Sequence record: MT968995.1
DNA length: 64,000 nt
Origin: Escherichia phage vB_EcoM_WL-3
Reading direction: 5' to 3' (one strand)
In this document: positions 21,309 to 30,721 of the stretch, piece by piece
Numbering within the stretch: position 1 is the stretch's first letter
Layout of the letters: every line of letters begins with the position of its first letter
The notes under the pieces: model-generated
Seen by the model: only the letters and a program-made list of their open reading frames with translations
What the model was told of the DNA's origin: nothing
Database searches by the model: none
Program-made: the position numbers and the translations under genes

Positions 21309-21338
21309 ATTATAACACAATACGAGGGACTTGTAAAC
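21309..21338 (-). promoter_or_regulatory. T4 early-type promoter (GTTTAC-N18-TATAAT)
   Basis: Minus-strand GTTTACAAGTCCCTCGTATTGTGTTATAAT; the same cassette recurs upstream of alc. Confidence 0.6.
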
Positions 21339-23395
21339 TACATCTTGAACTTTTTAGACATTCCGTTGATGTTAACCAAAGAAGCTAAGATTTGAGAAAC
21401 TTCGTTTTCCTCTTCTTTTGATTCTTCTACAAGGAATTGATTAAACCCAGCCATTGGACGAACTTCACCAGTTTCCATCAGATGATCGCCATCATATACC
21501 GATTCTTCTAATTGTTCAGAAGGAGGAACGATTGTACCTTCGATTAAATACTTGTTATAAGCAGTTTCTTTCATCATGTACGTGCTCACTTTATTAATCT
21601 TCAGCAAAATTCCACGTGGTAAAATAACTTCAGCTTCTGACGTAAATCCTGATAAATGACCCGGAACGATAACTTTGATTCGCTCAGCTCCTTTAATTAC
21701 CATACCCACGCTAGTTTCAGCATCTTCATTCGCATAAGCAGAATGACTGCCCATATGCATCAAATCTTCTGCGTCAATTGAACCTTCTCCTTCACCAGAA
21801 AATACTGCACTGGAATCATCTAGAGCCATATAGTTTTTACCATACTCACCGAAGATATTTGGTTTAAGCGATGTGGATACGAAGTTCTTAAAATAGAACA
21901 TTTTATTTTCAATATTATGACGTAAAGTTTTAAAGGTAACTTCTTGGCCACGGTAAAGCGTAGTTCCTGGAGGAAGAACTGATCCTTTGGCAAAAGCAGA
22001 ATCCATCGTCTCGATGTGTTTAATAGCTCGTTCCATATATTCTTCACGAGTAGAATCCGGTTTACCTAAAAGGAACGAGTTCATTTCAACATATGAATCT
22101 GCGCAATAATCTTCAATTACATCAGACTCAGCCCGAGTTAATCCTTTTGGGGGTACTTCAGTACTTGCATATTCATACGCTTGAGAAGCAGACTCATTAA
22201 TCAATTTATAAATGCCATTCATGACAAATTGAATAATAGCTACCTTTTCATCTGGCGTGGCTTTAGAACCTTTAACTAAATCATTGACAATTTTCTTAAT
22301 AACATCAAAGCTATTAGAAATATTAATGTCAGCAAGATCGCTTAAAATTTTATCAGTTTTATAATCAAAAAATTCTTTATTCTTTAAATATTCTTGAGAA
22401 CCTTGATGTGTTATATCGCTCTGCAGTCTGATAGACGGATCACGTAAACGTGCATGGGCCAATGCAATATGATTTCGGAAGCTTTTTAGTTCATAATCAC
22501 TAGATTTAAAACGAGAAGCACTCCTCATACCACCGATAGCTCCTTTGCCGAAGTTTGAACCAATCTGAATAACGCCAGAGTTCATTGGTCCTTCTGCTTT
22601 ATATACCGGAACTTTAGATTCAAACTCTTGATATTTCTTAGCAGCGAAACTATCGCCCTGAAGTGAAGCATCGACAGTAGAGTATTGAGCTTGTGCTGCT
22701 AATCGACGACTAATTTTAGTTTTCTGAATAACAGCTTGATCCGTGCGCTTATCATTTTCTAAAGCAATAGAAGCGGCAACAGCAACAGCTTTAGGAACAG
22801 CATTACCTGTTTTAACGTCTACATAAACATCACCAACCTTTGATTCAACTTTTGTGAATAACTCAGTTGAAATAGGAGGTACACCTGGAATGTCTTCTAA
22901 ATTGGCATTTTTACGGTAAACCATAATATATGCATACTTTTTATCGTAATCCCAGATTTCCTTTAAAAGAACATATCGACCTGCTCCTTTAGTACGTACT
23001 AAACGGTCAGCAATAACTTGAATTTGTCGAGCTGCGCCATTTGTTTTACTCTTTAGTACGCGGAACAGGCATGCGTCAATTTTATACTGTTTCATTGTTT
23101 GAAGAGCAGTATCAAAAACCGCATTAATAACACCAATTGGATTTCCACCCAAGTTTTTAAGTTTAACTAATGATAGTTTCTCATTGACACCTATCATTAC
23201 GATATGCATCATTTTATCGCCTGGCTTAACGTTTTTATTTGTATCACCGCCAGAGGTGTATGTGCAAAATCTAAATCCAGGAAGCACGCTTTCTTCACCG
23301 GCTTGAATAGCAAAAATTTGAGGTATTTTATGCTTAGGATTTAAGTTAACAACCGGCGCCGAAGCGCCGTCAAATAATTCTGTAATAAGTTCCAT
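21338..23395 (-). CDS. Alt-family ADP-ribosyltransferase, paralog A
   Basis: 685-aa ORF with MELITELFD N-terminus and C-terminal ART motifs (YRGQ Arg, FVSTSL, EAEVILPRG); paralogous to the adjacent ORF; which copy is the T4 alt ortholog is not resolved. Confidence 0.85.
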   Translation of the reverse strand: MELITELFDGASAPVVNLNPKHKIPQIFAIQAGEESVLPGFRFCTYTSGGDTNKNVKPGDKMMHIVMIGVNEKLSLVKLKNLGGNPIGVINAVFDTALQTMKQYKIDACLFRVLKSKTNGAARQIQVIADRLVRTKGAGRYVLLKEIWDYDKKYAYIMVYRKNANLEDIPGVPPISTELFTKVESKVGDVYVDVKTGNAVPKAVAVAASIALENDKRTDQAVIQKTKISRRLAAQAQYSTVDASLQGDSFAAKKYQEFESKVPVYKAEGPMNSGVIQIGSNFGKGAIGGMRSASRFKSSDYELKSFRNHIALAHARLRDPSIRLQSDITHQGSQEYLKNKEFFDYKTDKILSDLADINISNSFDVIKKIVNDLVKGSKATPDEKVAIIQFVMNGIYKLINESASQAYEYASTEVPPKGLTRAESDVIEDYCADSYVEMNSFLLGKPDSTREEYMERAIKHIETMDSAFAKGSVLPPGTTLYRGQEVTFKTLRHNIENKMFYFKNFVSTSLKPNIFGEYGKNYMALDDSSAVFSGEGEGSIDAEDLMHMGSHSAYANEDAETSVGMVIKGAERIKVIVPGHLSGFTSEAEVILPRGILLKINKVSTYMMKETAYNKYLIEGTIVPPSEQLEESVYDGDHLMETGEVRPMAGFNQFLVEESKEEENEVSQILASLVNINGMSKKFKM

Positions 23396-23398
23396 GAT

Positions 23399-25495
23399 TT
23401 ATCCTTGAACGAACTTGTAAGGCATGTTTGTAATATCTATGCAAGACGCAATAATTCCGAGAGATGATTCTGCTTTCTGTTTAACATTTGATGAAACAAA
23501 TGATGCAAAGTCAACTCTGTCTTCTATTTCAATATCACCTGTCATTGCAACTACTTCACCAGTTTCCATTAAATGGTCTCCATCATAAATTACTGATTCG
23601 GTGAGTTCTTCTGTAGTCATAACTTCAGATTGAATGAGTTTTGTATTATTAGATGTTGTTCCGTCATTATTAGAAGCATCAGTTATTTTATTAACTTTGA
23701 CCATCAATCCGCGCGGTAGAATAACTTCAGCTTCTGTTGCTATTCCGAGACTTCCTGGATATACAACATTAACTTTATGAGCTCCATCAATTGCCCATCC
23801 TATTTGAACTTTAACGTATTCAGGATTTTCTTTATACGCTCTTATTTCGTTTGGATTAATAGTTATTCCTTCTTCATTTTTATCAACTGTCAATTCATTA
23901 CGAGCTTCTGGTTCTAAAAGACCAATACCAGCATGTGTAATTCCAAAACGTCCAAAAATGATAGGAGTTAAAGAAGTAGATACAAAATTTCTGAAATAGA
24001 ACACTTTATTTTTAACTAGTGCTTCGTATATAGGAGCAGTCATACTTTGAGCACGATAAACTGTAATGCCTTCTGGTATACGGTCACCATTTTCAAAAGC
24101 TGAATCTAAGTTATTTATAGCAGATTCAATTTCTTTTTCACTCATTACATCATATCGTTCTGGATTGTAACGACCCAAAAGAAGATTATTGATGTCAGTA
24201 TATCCTGAACCACAATACTCTCTAATGCCGCGCTTTTGTGATGGAGTATATTTAGAACCATCACGGGCAATAGTAATATCAATCATTGGACCTGCACCAA
24301 TTCCAGAAAAACTATAAATCATTCGTTTGAGGAATTTAGTTTTTGCTGCGTTCCAGGAATTTTTAGTTATTTCTTCCCAGACTTCATCTGGCTGTCCTTT
24401 ACGGGTTTTATTATGTTTATCAAGCCAAGTATCTTTATATTCTTCAAAGAATTTATTAACAGCTGCTGCGTATTTCTCTAAACATTTTATTGAAGTAGTT
24501 GGTTCATTTTTAATCGCATTAAGAATTACATCTTTAATTTTTTCAGAAACTTCATTAACCTCACTTTTTGAAAAGAATTTATAGTCATAGTGAAGTTCAT
24601 CTGCGGTTCCTTCGGCAATGATTTTTGCTGCCTTAGTTTTAGAAGCTAATGAATTAATTCCAAGCTTCATTTCTTCTGCTTCGGGAATTAAAGGAGCTGT
24701 AGCAGGTTTATTGAAATTAGCTGCAGTAGATTCATACTTCTGGAATAATTCGCTTTCAAATCTAGAAGATTCTAATGATTGACTTTGCGCAATTGCTCTA
24801 CGGGAAATTTTAACTTTAACAATAACAGCTTGGTCAGAACGTTTATCATTTTCTTGTGCAATAGATGCTGCAATTGCCTCATTTTTAGTTACTTGAGCTC
24901 CAGTATCTTTATTGATATAAACATCGCCGACTTTCGATTCAACTTTAGTAAAGAGCTCGGTACTAATTTCCGGAACTCCTGGAATGTCTTCTAGTGATAC
25001 ATTTTTGCGATGTATAAGAATATATGCATACTTTTTATCGTAATCCCAGAGTTCCTTAAGAAGGACGTATCTGCCACCTGAACGACTACGAATAAGTCTA
25101 TCAGCAATAACTTGAATTTGTCGAGCTTGACCAGCAGTTTTAGACTTAAGAATACGGAGCATACAGGCATCAATTTTATACTGACGCATCGTCTGCATTG
25201 CAACAGTAAAAACTGAATTGATATAATTAATTGGGCTTGGACCGAGACCTTTTAATTTAGCAATTGAACCTTTAGCAGTTAATGTAAAAGGAACAATATG
25301 CATCATTTTATCGCCCATTTTTAAATCGCGATTAGTATCACCTCCAGATGTATAGGTACATAAACGAAAGCCTGGTTGTTCAATTGCGTCATCGACATGA
25401 ACTGAAAAAATTTGTGGTATTTTCTTCTTTGGATTTAAGTTTGTAATCGGAAGAGTAGTATCTTCGTCAAATAATTCTGTAATGAGTTCCATCAT
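23399..25495 (-). CDS. alt: Alt-family ADP-ribosyltransferase, paralog B
   Basis: 698-aa ORF (697 aa from the second Met) with the same N-terminal and catalytic motifs (YRAQ, FVSTSL, EAEVILPRG); late promoter and SD immediately upstream; symbol assigned by position next to gene 30, which is uncertain. Confidence 0.85.
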   Translation of the reverse strand: MMELITELFDEDTTLPITNLNPKKKIPQIFSVHVDDAIEQPGFRLCTYTSGGDTNRDLKMGDKMMHIVPFTLTAKGSIAKLKGLGPSPINYINSVFTVAMQTMRQYKIDACMLRILKSKTAGQARQIQVIADRLIRSRSGGRYVLLKELWDYDKKYAYILIHRKNVSLEDIPGVPEISTELFTKVESKVGDVYINKDTGAQVTKNEAIAASIAQENDKRSDQAVIVKVKISRRAIAQSQSLESSRFESELFQKYESTAANFNKPATAPLIPEAEEMKLGINSLASKTKAAKIIAEGTADELHYDYKFFSKSEVNEVSEKIKDVILNAIKNEPTTSIKCLEKYAAAVNKFFEEYKDTWLDKHNKTRKGQPDEVWEEITKNSWNAAKTKFLKRMIYSFSGIGAGPMIDITIARDGSKYTPSQKRGIREYCGSGYTDINNLLLGRYNPERYDVMSEKEIESAINNLDSAFENGDRIPEGITVYRAQSMTAPIYEALVKNKVFYFRNFVSTSLTPIIFGRFGITHAGIGLLEPEARNELTVDKNEEGITINPNEIRAYKENPEYVKVQIGWAIDGAHKVNVVYPGSLGIATEAEVILPRGLMVKVNKITDASNNDGTTSNNTKLIQSEVMTTEELTESVIYDGDHLMETGEVVAMTGDIEIEDRVDFASFVSSNVKQKAESSLGIIASCIDITNMPYKFVQG

Positions 25496-25515
25496 ATCCT
25501 CTCTAGTGTTTATTC

Positions 25516-25523
25516 TATTTATA
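25516..25523 (-). promoter_or_regulatory. Late promoter (TATAAATA on minus strand) upstream of Alt paralog B
   Basis: Plus-strand tatttata is the reverse complement of TATAAATA, about 20 bp upstream of the paralog B start. Confidence 0.55.
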
Positions 25524-25528
25524 AAATT

Positions 25529-25546
25529 AAAGGCCCGAAGGCCTTT
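25529..25546 (-). terminator. Hairpin (AAAGGCC-CGAA-GGCCTTT) after the 62-aa ORF
   Basis: Perfect stem-tetraloop overlapping the stop of the upstream ORF, followed on the minus strand by a T-rich run. Confidence 0.55.
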
Positions 25547-25733
25547 AATAATCTAATGGTAAGAGAGTACGGTATATTTCAAACTTTGGCCCTTTTTCAT
25601 AGGCATCAAATGTTTCTGTAAATTTATTATAAGCATATGCATCTACAAATTCGAGAACGATTTGTGATACAGAAGTAGAAACATCTCCACCTTCTTTTTG
25701 AGCCACGACAATTGTTTCTAAGTAAGCTTTCAT
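25545..25733 (-). CDS. Hypothetical small protein between gene 30 and the alt cluster
   Basis: 62-aa ORF with an ATGA start/stop overlap with gene 30. Confidence 0.6.
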   Translation of the reverse strand: MKAYLETIVVAQKEGGDVSTSVSQIVLEFVDAYAYNKFTETFDAYEKGPKFEIYRTLLPLDY

Positions 25734-27193
25734 AGACCAGTTACCTCATGAAAATCACCAAATACATCCTCGAATGTATTAGCTTTTGTTTTATCTTCAC
25801 GCAAACGAATCGCAATTGGAAGAAATAATTTAACGTAATCAGTGCGACCATCAGATTTTAACCAACCGTTGCATTCGCACTCTAGAATTTTTCCAATATA
25901 ATAATTTTGGTTTTCCATAATGCGAGTACGGTCAAGTTCATGTGATTTTACACCGGCTTTATCTTTTAAGCCTGAACCTGCATTTACTTTAATTTTTCCA
26001 CACTCTGATTCAAGAATAAATCCACCCGCTTTAGTAGGGTCTTTACGGTGAGGATAAATTCCTACAATTTTTAAATCAACATCAATTACTTCTTTAAATT
26101 TATAGAGATTTTTTGAACGAGCATTTTCCCACAATCCATCGGTATTTTTGAGAATAATACCTTCAAGACCCTGGTCAATATACTTTTTATAAATTACCTT
26201 AGCTTCATCTAGGTTATTTACTACCTGGTTTTCAATTAAAATTACTTTATCATATCCTGATGTCATTTGTTCTAGTTTAGAAAAACGTACATCATATTTT
26301 AAACGAAACGCCGGAAGACCGTATATTTCTACCAACGGGACATAATCCCAGACCTGAAACTTCATGCATTTGGCTTCTTTTTCGGAAATGGTTCCTTTTA
26401 AGGATTTATTGGCGATTCCATTAGAAGCAGTACGAGATTCCGCTACTTCGGCGAATTCTTTAGCTTTACTAATTTCAGGATAAGCATCAAAAAGAAAATC
26501 TAGGCCTTCTGGTTCCTTTTTAACTTGCTCATGGTATACCAATTCACCATCAATTAACACACCTTCTGGATGAATCTGGCGGGCTTCAGCAGTCATTTTG
26601 ATTAACTCTTCCTTAAGAAGATCTAATCCTAGATATTCATTACCAGCTCGTGATAAAAGACGAACATCATCTAATTCATCACCTCGGACTTCAGCAAAAC
26701 ACCGAGCTCCATCTGCTTTTAACTGCGCAAAAGCTGGAAACTTGATATTCTTACTAATGCCTTTTTCATCATAAGAACTTGCTAGCATTTGAGGTTGTTC
26801 AGGAATTAAACCTGGCCAAACTTTGTTTGCAATAGATACTGAAGCACCGCATTCAAGGTCTCGCATCATAACTCGACGCAAAACTTCAACATCATCCTTT
26901 TTACCATCAGTGATATATCCAGTTAATTCCTCAATTGCAGCATTTCCAGTCAATTTCCGAGTAGCTAACGTGAATTCAATGAAGTCAAGCATATCGGTAA
27001 TAGTCAGCATTCCAAAACTCTGGGTAGCAATACCAGGTTTAGGCCATTTCTTGATATAATACTGTAACCCACGAGAATAAGTCAGACGATATACTCGTTT
27101 AAGCAATTCATTATTTTTATTCTTTTCAAGAATTGCTTGCTTCTGTTTAGTTGATCCAATAGATGCTATTTCATTCAGAATTTTAAGAATCAT
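25730..27193 (-). CDS. 30: ATP-dependent DNA ligase gp30
   Basis: 487-aa ORF with adenylation motif KADGAR; matches T4 DNA ligase length. Confidence 0.95.
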   Translation of the reverse strand: MILKILNEIASIGSTKQKQAILEKNKNNELLKRVYRLTYSRGLQYYIKKWPKPGIATQSFGMLTITDMLDFIEFTLATRKLTGNAAIEELTGYITDGKKDDVEVLRRVMMRDLECGASVSIANKVWPGLIPEQPQMLASSYDEKGISKNIKFPAFAQLKADGARCFAEVRGDELDDVRLLSRAGNEYLGLDLLKEELIKMTAEARQIHPEGVLIDGELVYHEQVKKEPEGLDFLFDAYPEISKAKEFAEVAESRTASNGIANKSLKGTISEKEAKCMKFQVWDYVPLVEIYGLPAFRLKYDVRFSKLEQMTSGYDKVILIENQVVNNLDEAKVIYKKYIDQGLEGIILKNTDGLWENARSKNLYKFKEVIDVDLKIVGIYPHRKDPTKAGGFILESECGKIKVNAGSGLKDKAGVKSHELDRTRIMENQNYYIGKILECECNGWLKSDGRTDYVKLFLPIAIRLREDKTKANTFEDVFGDFHEVTGL

Positions 27194-27459
27194 TGTTCAT
27201 CCTTCAGAGTTTGATTTACATCTCTATTATAAATCAATTCATCATTAAGCTCAGGCAAAGACTTATGATATGTCGTTCTAACTTTATTTCCTTGCATCCA
27301 GTGCTTGACGTAAATGAAACCTTGCTCTACACATTTTTTAAAAATTCGTTCATCCTTTTGAGCACGGAACTCTGGATTGCATCTAAAAAATTGATTTACG
27401 TGACCATAATCACGTGTAGTATTACCTTCATTTTCATAAATAGTATGAACAACAAACAT
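27190..27459 (-). CDS. Hypothetical protein (30.1-like position)
   Basis: 89-aa ORF overlapping the gene 30 start. Confidence 0.65.
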   Translation of the reverse strand: MFVVHTIYENEGNTTRDYGHVNQFFRCNPEFRAQKDERIFKKCVEQGFIYVKHWMQGNKVRTTYHKSLPELNDELIYNRDVNQTLKDEQ

Positions 27460-28298
27460 TAGAATGCTCCTTGAAAAATATTATCACCACTAGTAGGTCT
27501 ATTATACAAATACTCTATGCCACCAGGTTTAATATAGTTCCATGTCTGAAACGGATGTGTCTGATATGGATGATATGGATGATTATAAGGATTTAATCCA
27601 GGCGTTCTCCAGGTAGTGTTCCAAGGAAAAGAATCGTTTTTAACCATCTTCTCAATTAAATCTTTTATAGCTTTTTCACTATCAAAACTTTCTTTATTTT
27701 CCTTCGGCGAAAAAAGCTTATTTTCTACATCATTCCATGTATAAACTCGCTGCGCAGTTTTTGGAATATTGTCACGCTCTCCTCGAGCCATCCAATAAAC
27801 TGGAACATTTAATATTTCACTCGCATGATCGCAGTGATGAGCGAGATCGTCAATATAACAAATTACGTTATATTTCTCTTTTGCCTTTTTGAACAGCTCT
27901 TCTTTTGAAGAATCATGACCACACATCATTACTTCTGAGAAGGCACCAGGAAAAAGAGCGTTCAAATTAAATTGACGATTCAACAGAGCGTCAATAGAAT
28001 CACCCAATGCTGTAACAGCTACAAAATTATAATCTTCTTTTAATTTGTTAATTACACACAGGGCATCTTTATACGGAGACAAGTAACGAATAAAATCTGA
28101 ACGATTGTATTTTTCAATTAACTTGACGCCAAGTTCTTCGTCACAATTAAAGAGTTTACCTGGAGAAATAAATTTCTCATCTTGGATCATTTTTAAAATA
28201 TGTTCTAATGGAAGATTATATTTCTGAGCAAAATAAGGAAGGCCTGATTGCCAGCTTAAACATACTCCATCAATATCAGTCAAAATAGTTGGCTTCAT
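27459..28298 (-). CDS. HAD-superfamily hydrolase-like protein (30.2-like position)
   Basis: 279-aa ORF with an N-terminal DIDGV motif typical of HAD phosphatases. Confidence 0.7.
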   Translation of the reverse strand: MKPTILTDIDGVCLSWQSGLPYFAQKYNLPLEHILKMIQDEKFISPGKLFNCDEELGVKLIEKYNRSDFIRYLSPYKDALCVINKLKEDYNFVAVTALGDSIDALLNRQFNLNALFPGAFSEVMMCGHDSSKEELFKKAKEKYNVICYIDDLAHHCDHASEILNVPVYWMARGERDNIPKTAQRVYTWNDVENKLFSPKENKESFDSEKAIKDLIEKMVKNDSFPWNTTWRTPGLNPYNHPYHPYQTHPFQTWNYIKPGGIEYLYNRPTSGDNIFQGAF

Positions 28299-28759
28299 AG
28301 AGAGTCTCTTAATAGGTTTAACACATCAATAAATTCAGCTTCGGTTAGTATTGTATCATCTTTTGTTAGACCACTAGCCATGCTGTGCTTCAAAACTTTT
28401 CCTTTCGAGGCTTGTAATGCATTGCGAAATCCCTTGTTTTGGATCGCTGCTTCAAAATATGCATTTGTGTATAATTCTTTCCATGCTTCGGAATATCTTG
28501 AAAACGGAGTTCCAAGCCAGAACAACGTGCCACGGTCCTGAGCTCTTGCATAAGACCTTCCAGCTTGTTGGGCGGCAAGCCCGGATAACCCAAATATACG
28601 ACGTTGGTGTTCAACATTTTTCACCTTACACCCTTGGAGGAATCCTTCGAGACCTCCAAATTGAATACCATCCATAACGAAAGGCCATTGGGCGAAATTA
28701 CTTAATGCACATGATGGCCATTTAAAATTGCTTCTTATCTCTAGCTCAGACATTTTCAA
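28295..28759 (-). CDS. Hypothetical protein (30.3-like position)
   Basis: 154-aa ORF in the operon-like array. Confidence 0.65.
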   Translation of the reverse strand: MKMSELEIRSNFKWPSCALSNFAQWPFVMDGIQFGGLEGFLQGCKVKNVEHQRRIFGLSGLAAQQAGRSYARAQDRGTLFWLGTPFSRYSEAWKELYTNAYFEAAIQNKGFRNALQASKGKVLKHSMASGLTKDDTILTEAEFIDVLNLLRDSL

Positions 28760-28952
28760 TACTTATAATTTCAACATCAGCCCAATGACCATAGCAAGGA
28801 AGACGAAATTCAACTGGCCAGTTAGGGTCCTTTTCTAATATAATAGACTGAACTTGTGGCTCTTCATATTCATCGGTATACGGACCTTTATACGTTACTT
28901 TATATGTGACCTTAATGTACTGAATTCCAAAAATCTTATTAATTATATTCAT
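28746..28952 (-). CDS. Hypothetical small protein
   Basis: 68-aa ORF with overlapping junctions. Confidence 0.55.
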   Translation of the reverse strand: MNIINKIFGIQYIKVTYKVTYKGPYTDEYEEPQVQSIILEKDPNWPVEFRLPCYGHWADVEIISIENV

Positions 28953-29146
28953 ACTAATTCCTTTAATCCGTAAATAGGAGATAATTCATCGCCCATACGA
29001 AGGTCTTCATTTCCATCTACCCAGGAAACAATATAAGCCTCTTTTATTTGAATACCACTCCATTTAAATGGAGGTAGAACCTTAGAAATTAATCCAGGTA
29101 TACCAACTCCCTTTAATTCAACAGTTTGACCCAAAAAGAATTTCAT
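28949..29146 (-). CDS. Hypothetical small protein
   Basis: 65-aa ORF with overlapping junctions. Confidence 0.55.
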   Translation of the reverse strand: MKFFLGQTVELKGVGIPGLISKVLPPFKWSGIQIKEAYIVSWVDGNEDLRMGDELSPIYGLKELV

Positions 29147-29433
29147 TAGAACCTCATCTGAAAACCATGCGATTTAACATTACCACCACCAATGTCAGAA
29201 ATATTAATTTCACGCGCAATTGAAGGGTCAATGTCAATTTCACGATTGAGTTTAATGATTGCTAGAGTATCACGTCCATTTACAGTACGGAACTCTAAAG
29301 GACATACTACATTAACGTAGTTTTTAATCGATTCACTGGTAGGCTGCAAATGAGCAGGAATGTCTTTAGGCGCCTTAGAGAAAACCACTTCACAGAAATT
29401 TTTACGGGTATCAAAATAAGTAGTCATAAACAT
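29146..29433 (-). CDS. Hypothetical protein
   Basis: 95-aa ORF; GAGG SD preceded by a GC hairpin. Confidence 0.6.
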   Translation of the reverse strand: MFMTTYFDTRKNFCEVVFSKAPKDIPAHLQPTSESIKNYVNVVCPLEFRTVNGRDTLAIIKLNREIDIDPSIAREINISDIGGGNVKSHGFQMRF

Positions 29434-29450
29434 AGTATTTTCCTCAGTAA

Positions 29451-29464
29451 GGGGCCGAAGCCCC
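29451..29464 (-). other. GC tetraloop hairpin (GGGGC-CGAA-GCCCC) immediately 5-prime of the SD of the 29146..29433 ORF
   Basis: Seen directly; same architecture as the hairpins ahead of gene 38 and uvsW.1. Confidence 0.5.
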
Positions 29465-29474
29465 TCATTTTATT

Positions 29475-29852
29475 TTAAATATCAAATTCGTTAAGAACTA
29501 CATCAAAGATCGCTTCAAGATGCTCAGGTTTAGCTCTGTTACTCAGAATATGACGAATCCAAGTTTTAACCAGAAGCTTACGATTGACGCCATTCCAGCA
29601 AGGATGAGTCCCTAAATCACGTTGACGGAAATCATCATCTAATGCGATTTTAAAAGAAGAACCTTCTTTCGTGATTGAAACCGTGATGCCATTTTCAAAT
29701 CGCATATAAACGTAGTTAGGAGTCATATACTGTTCAATTTCGCATACTGATCCATTTTGATGTTTCCAAAGACAGATAGTATCAATAGAACCTGCAATAC
29801 CGTTAGAAACATATTTACGTTCAAAGTTGATGTAGTTCATTTTATTCTCCAA
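29475..29852 (-). CDS. Hypothetical protein
   Basis: 125-aa ORF. Confidence 0.6.
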   Translation of the reverse strand: MENKMNYINFERKYVSNGIAGSIDTICLWKHQNGSVCEIEQYMTPNYVYMRFENGITVSITKEGSSFKIALDDDFRQRDLGTHPCWNGVNRKLLVKTWIRHILSNRAKPEHLEAIFDVVLNEFDI

Positions 29853-29907
29853 GATGTTTAATTGCGGTACAGGTATATAATATCATATCCTGTACCAAAG
29901 TAAACAA

Positions 29908-30240
29908 TTATTTTACTACTTTCCAGTGCTGCATGTCAAGTTTACCAACTTTTTTCATCTTCTCAATTAAGCGTTCTGCACGTTGGCGAGCTGTAACATA
30001 ATACCATTCACCTAATTCATTTTGTTCAATTTTTCCAACGATTACTGTATTCAATTCATAAATCCAACCAGTAAAGAAATTATGAACTTGAATTGTAAAG
30101 GTGAAATCTGTTCCCATACCTTCTGTTGTTTCTACTTCAATAATATCACCTTCAACTGCCATTAAGAACCACATAGTTTCGTTATATTCACCATTGAAAC
30201 ATTTAGCTTTAACCGCAGCGTTCAGATTAATCGTTTTCAT
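29908..30240 (-). CDS. Hypothetical protein
   Basis: 110-aa ORF downstream of an early promoter. Confidence 0.6.
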   Translation of the reverse strand: MKTINLNAAVKAKCFNGEYNETMWFLMAVEGDIIEVETTEGMGTDFTFTIQVHNFFTGWIYELNTVIVGKIEQNELGEWYYVTARQRAERLIEKMKKVGKLDMQHWKVVK

Positions 30241-30267
30241 TTTATTCTCCTTTGTTTGTGTAAGATA

Positions 30268-30297
30268 ATACTATCACAAAGGAACCATACTGTAAAC
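30268..30297 (-). promoter_or_regulatory. T4 early-type promoter (GTTTAC-N18-TAGTAT)
   Basis: Minus-strand GTTTACAGTATGGTTCCTTTGTGATAGTAT upstream of the 29908..30240 ORF. Confidence 0.5.
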
Positions 30298-30326
30298 AAC
30301 TTTGTGCAATCTTTGGAAAATAAAAA

Positions 30327-30346
30327 AGGACTCCCGAAGGAGTCCT
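30327..30346 (-). terminator. Intrinsic terminator (AGGACTCC-CGAA-GGAGTCCT plus U-run) after the 30.9-like ORF
   Basis: 8-bp perfect stem and tetraloop followed on the minus strand by a run of Ts. Confidence 0.7.
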
Positions 30347-30350
30347 CAAC

Positions 30351-30527
30351 TTATGCTTTCTGCTTACCAAAACGAGAAGCATCATCTCGAAGAACCGCAC
30401 GTGCTCGGCGCATGATCTTCTCAACAGTTTGATTGATACGAGAGTTCGACCCACGCTTGTAACCAGCGCGTTTAGAATCACCAACTTTCTTTTCAACTGC
30501 TTTCTTTGCTTTAGCTTGTTTTGCCAT
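30351..30527 (-). CDS. Small highly basic protein (30.9-like position)
   Basis: ORF 30351..30569; the internal ATG at 30527 gives a 58-aa Lys/Arg-rich product; start choice uncertain. Confidence 0.5.
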   Translation of the reverse strand: MAKQAKAKKAVEKKVGDSKRAGYKRGSNSRINQTVEKIMRRARAVLRDDASRFGKQKA

Positions 30528-30721
30528 TATAAATTCTCTTTTAAATGAAAATGCAGGACTTATTGGCATTGCCTGCGAAAGCCCTCAAGGGGTACTTAGG
30601 TTTTGAATATTTACCGGCAGGATAACCATAAACCTCGTCAACATTCAAGAGGTACACCGTAAAACAAAGTTCGACGGCTCCTCGATTTTAGCTCACACTA
30701 AGGCAGTGAATCTCCAATAAA

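Noticed and set aside
30242-30496. 84-aa minus-strand ORF overlapping the 30.9-like ORF
   Set aside because: Overlaps a better-supported ORF in another frame and spans the early promoter and terminator hairpin at 30268-30346; atypical composition; likely spurious.
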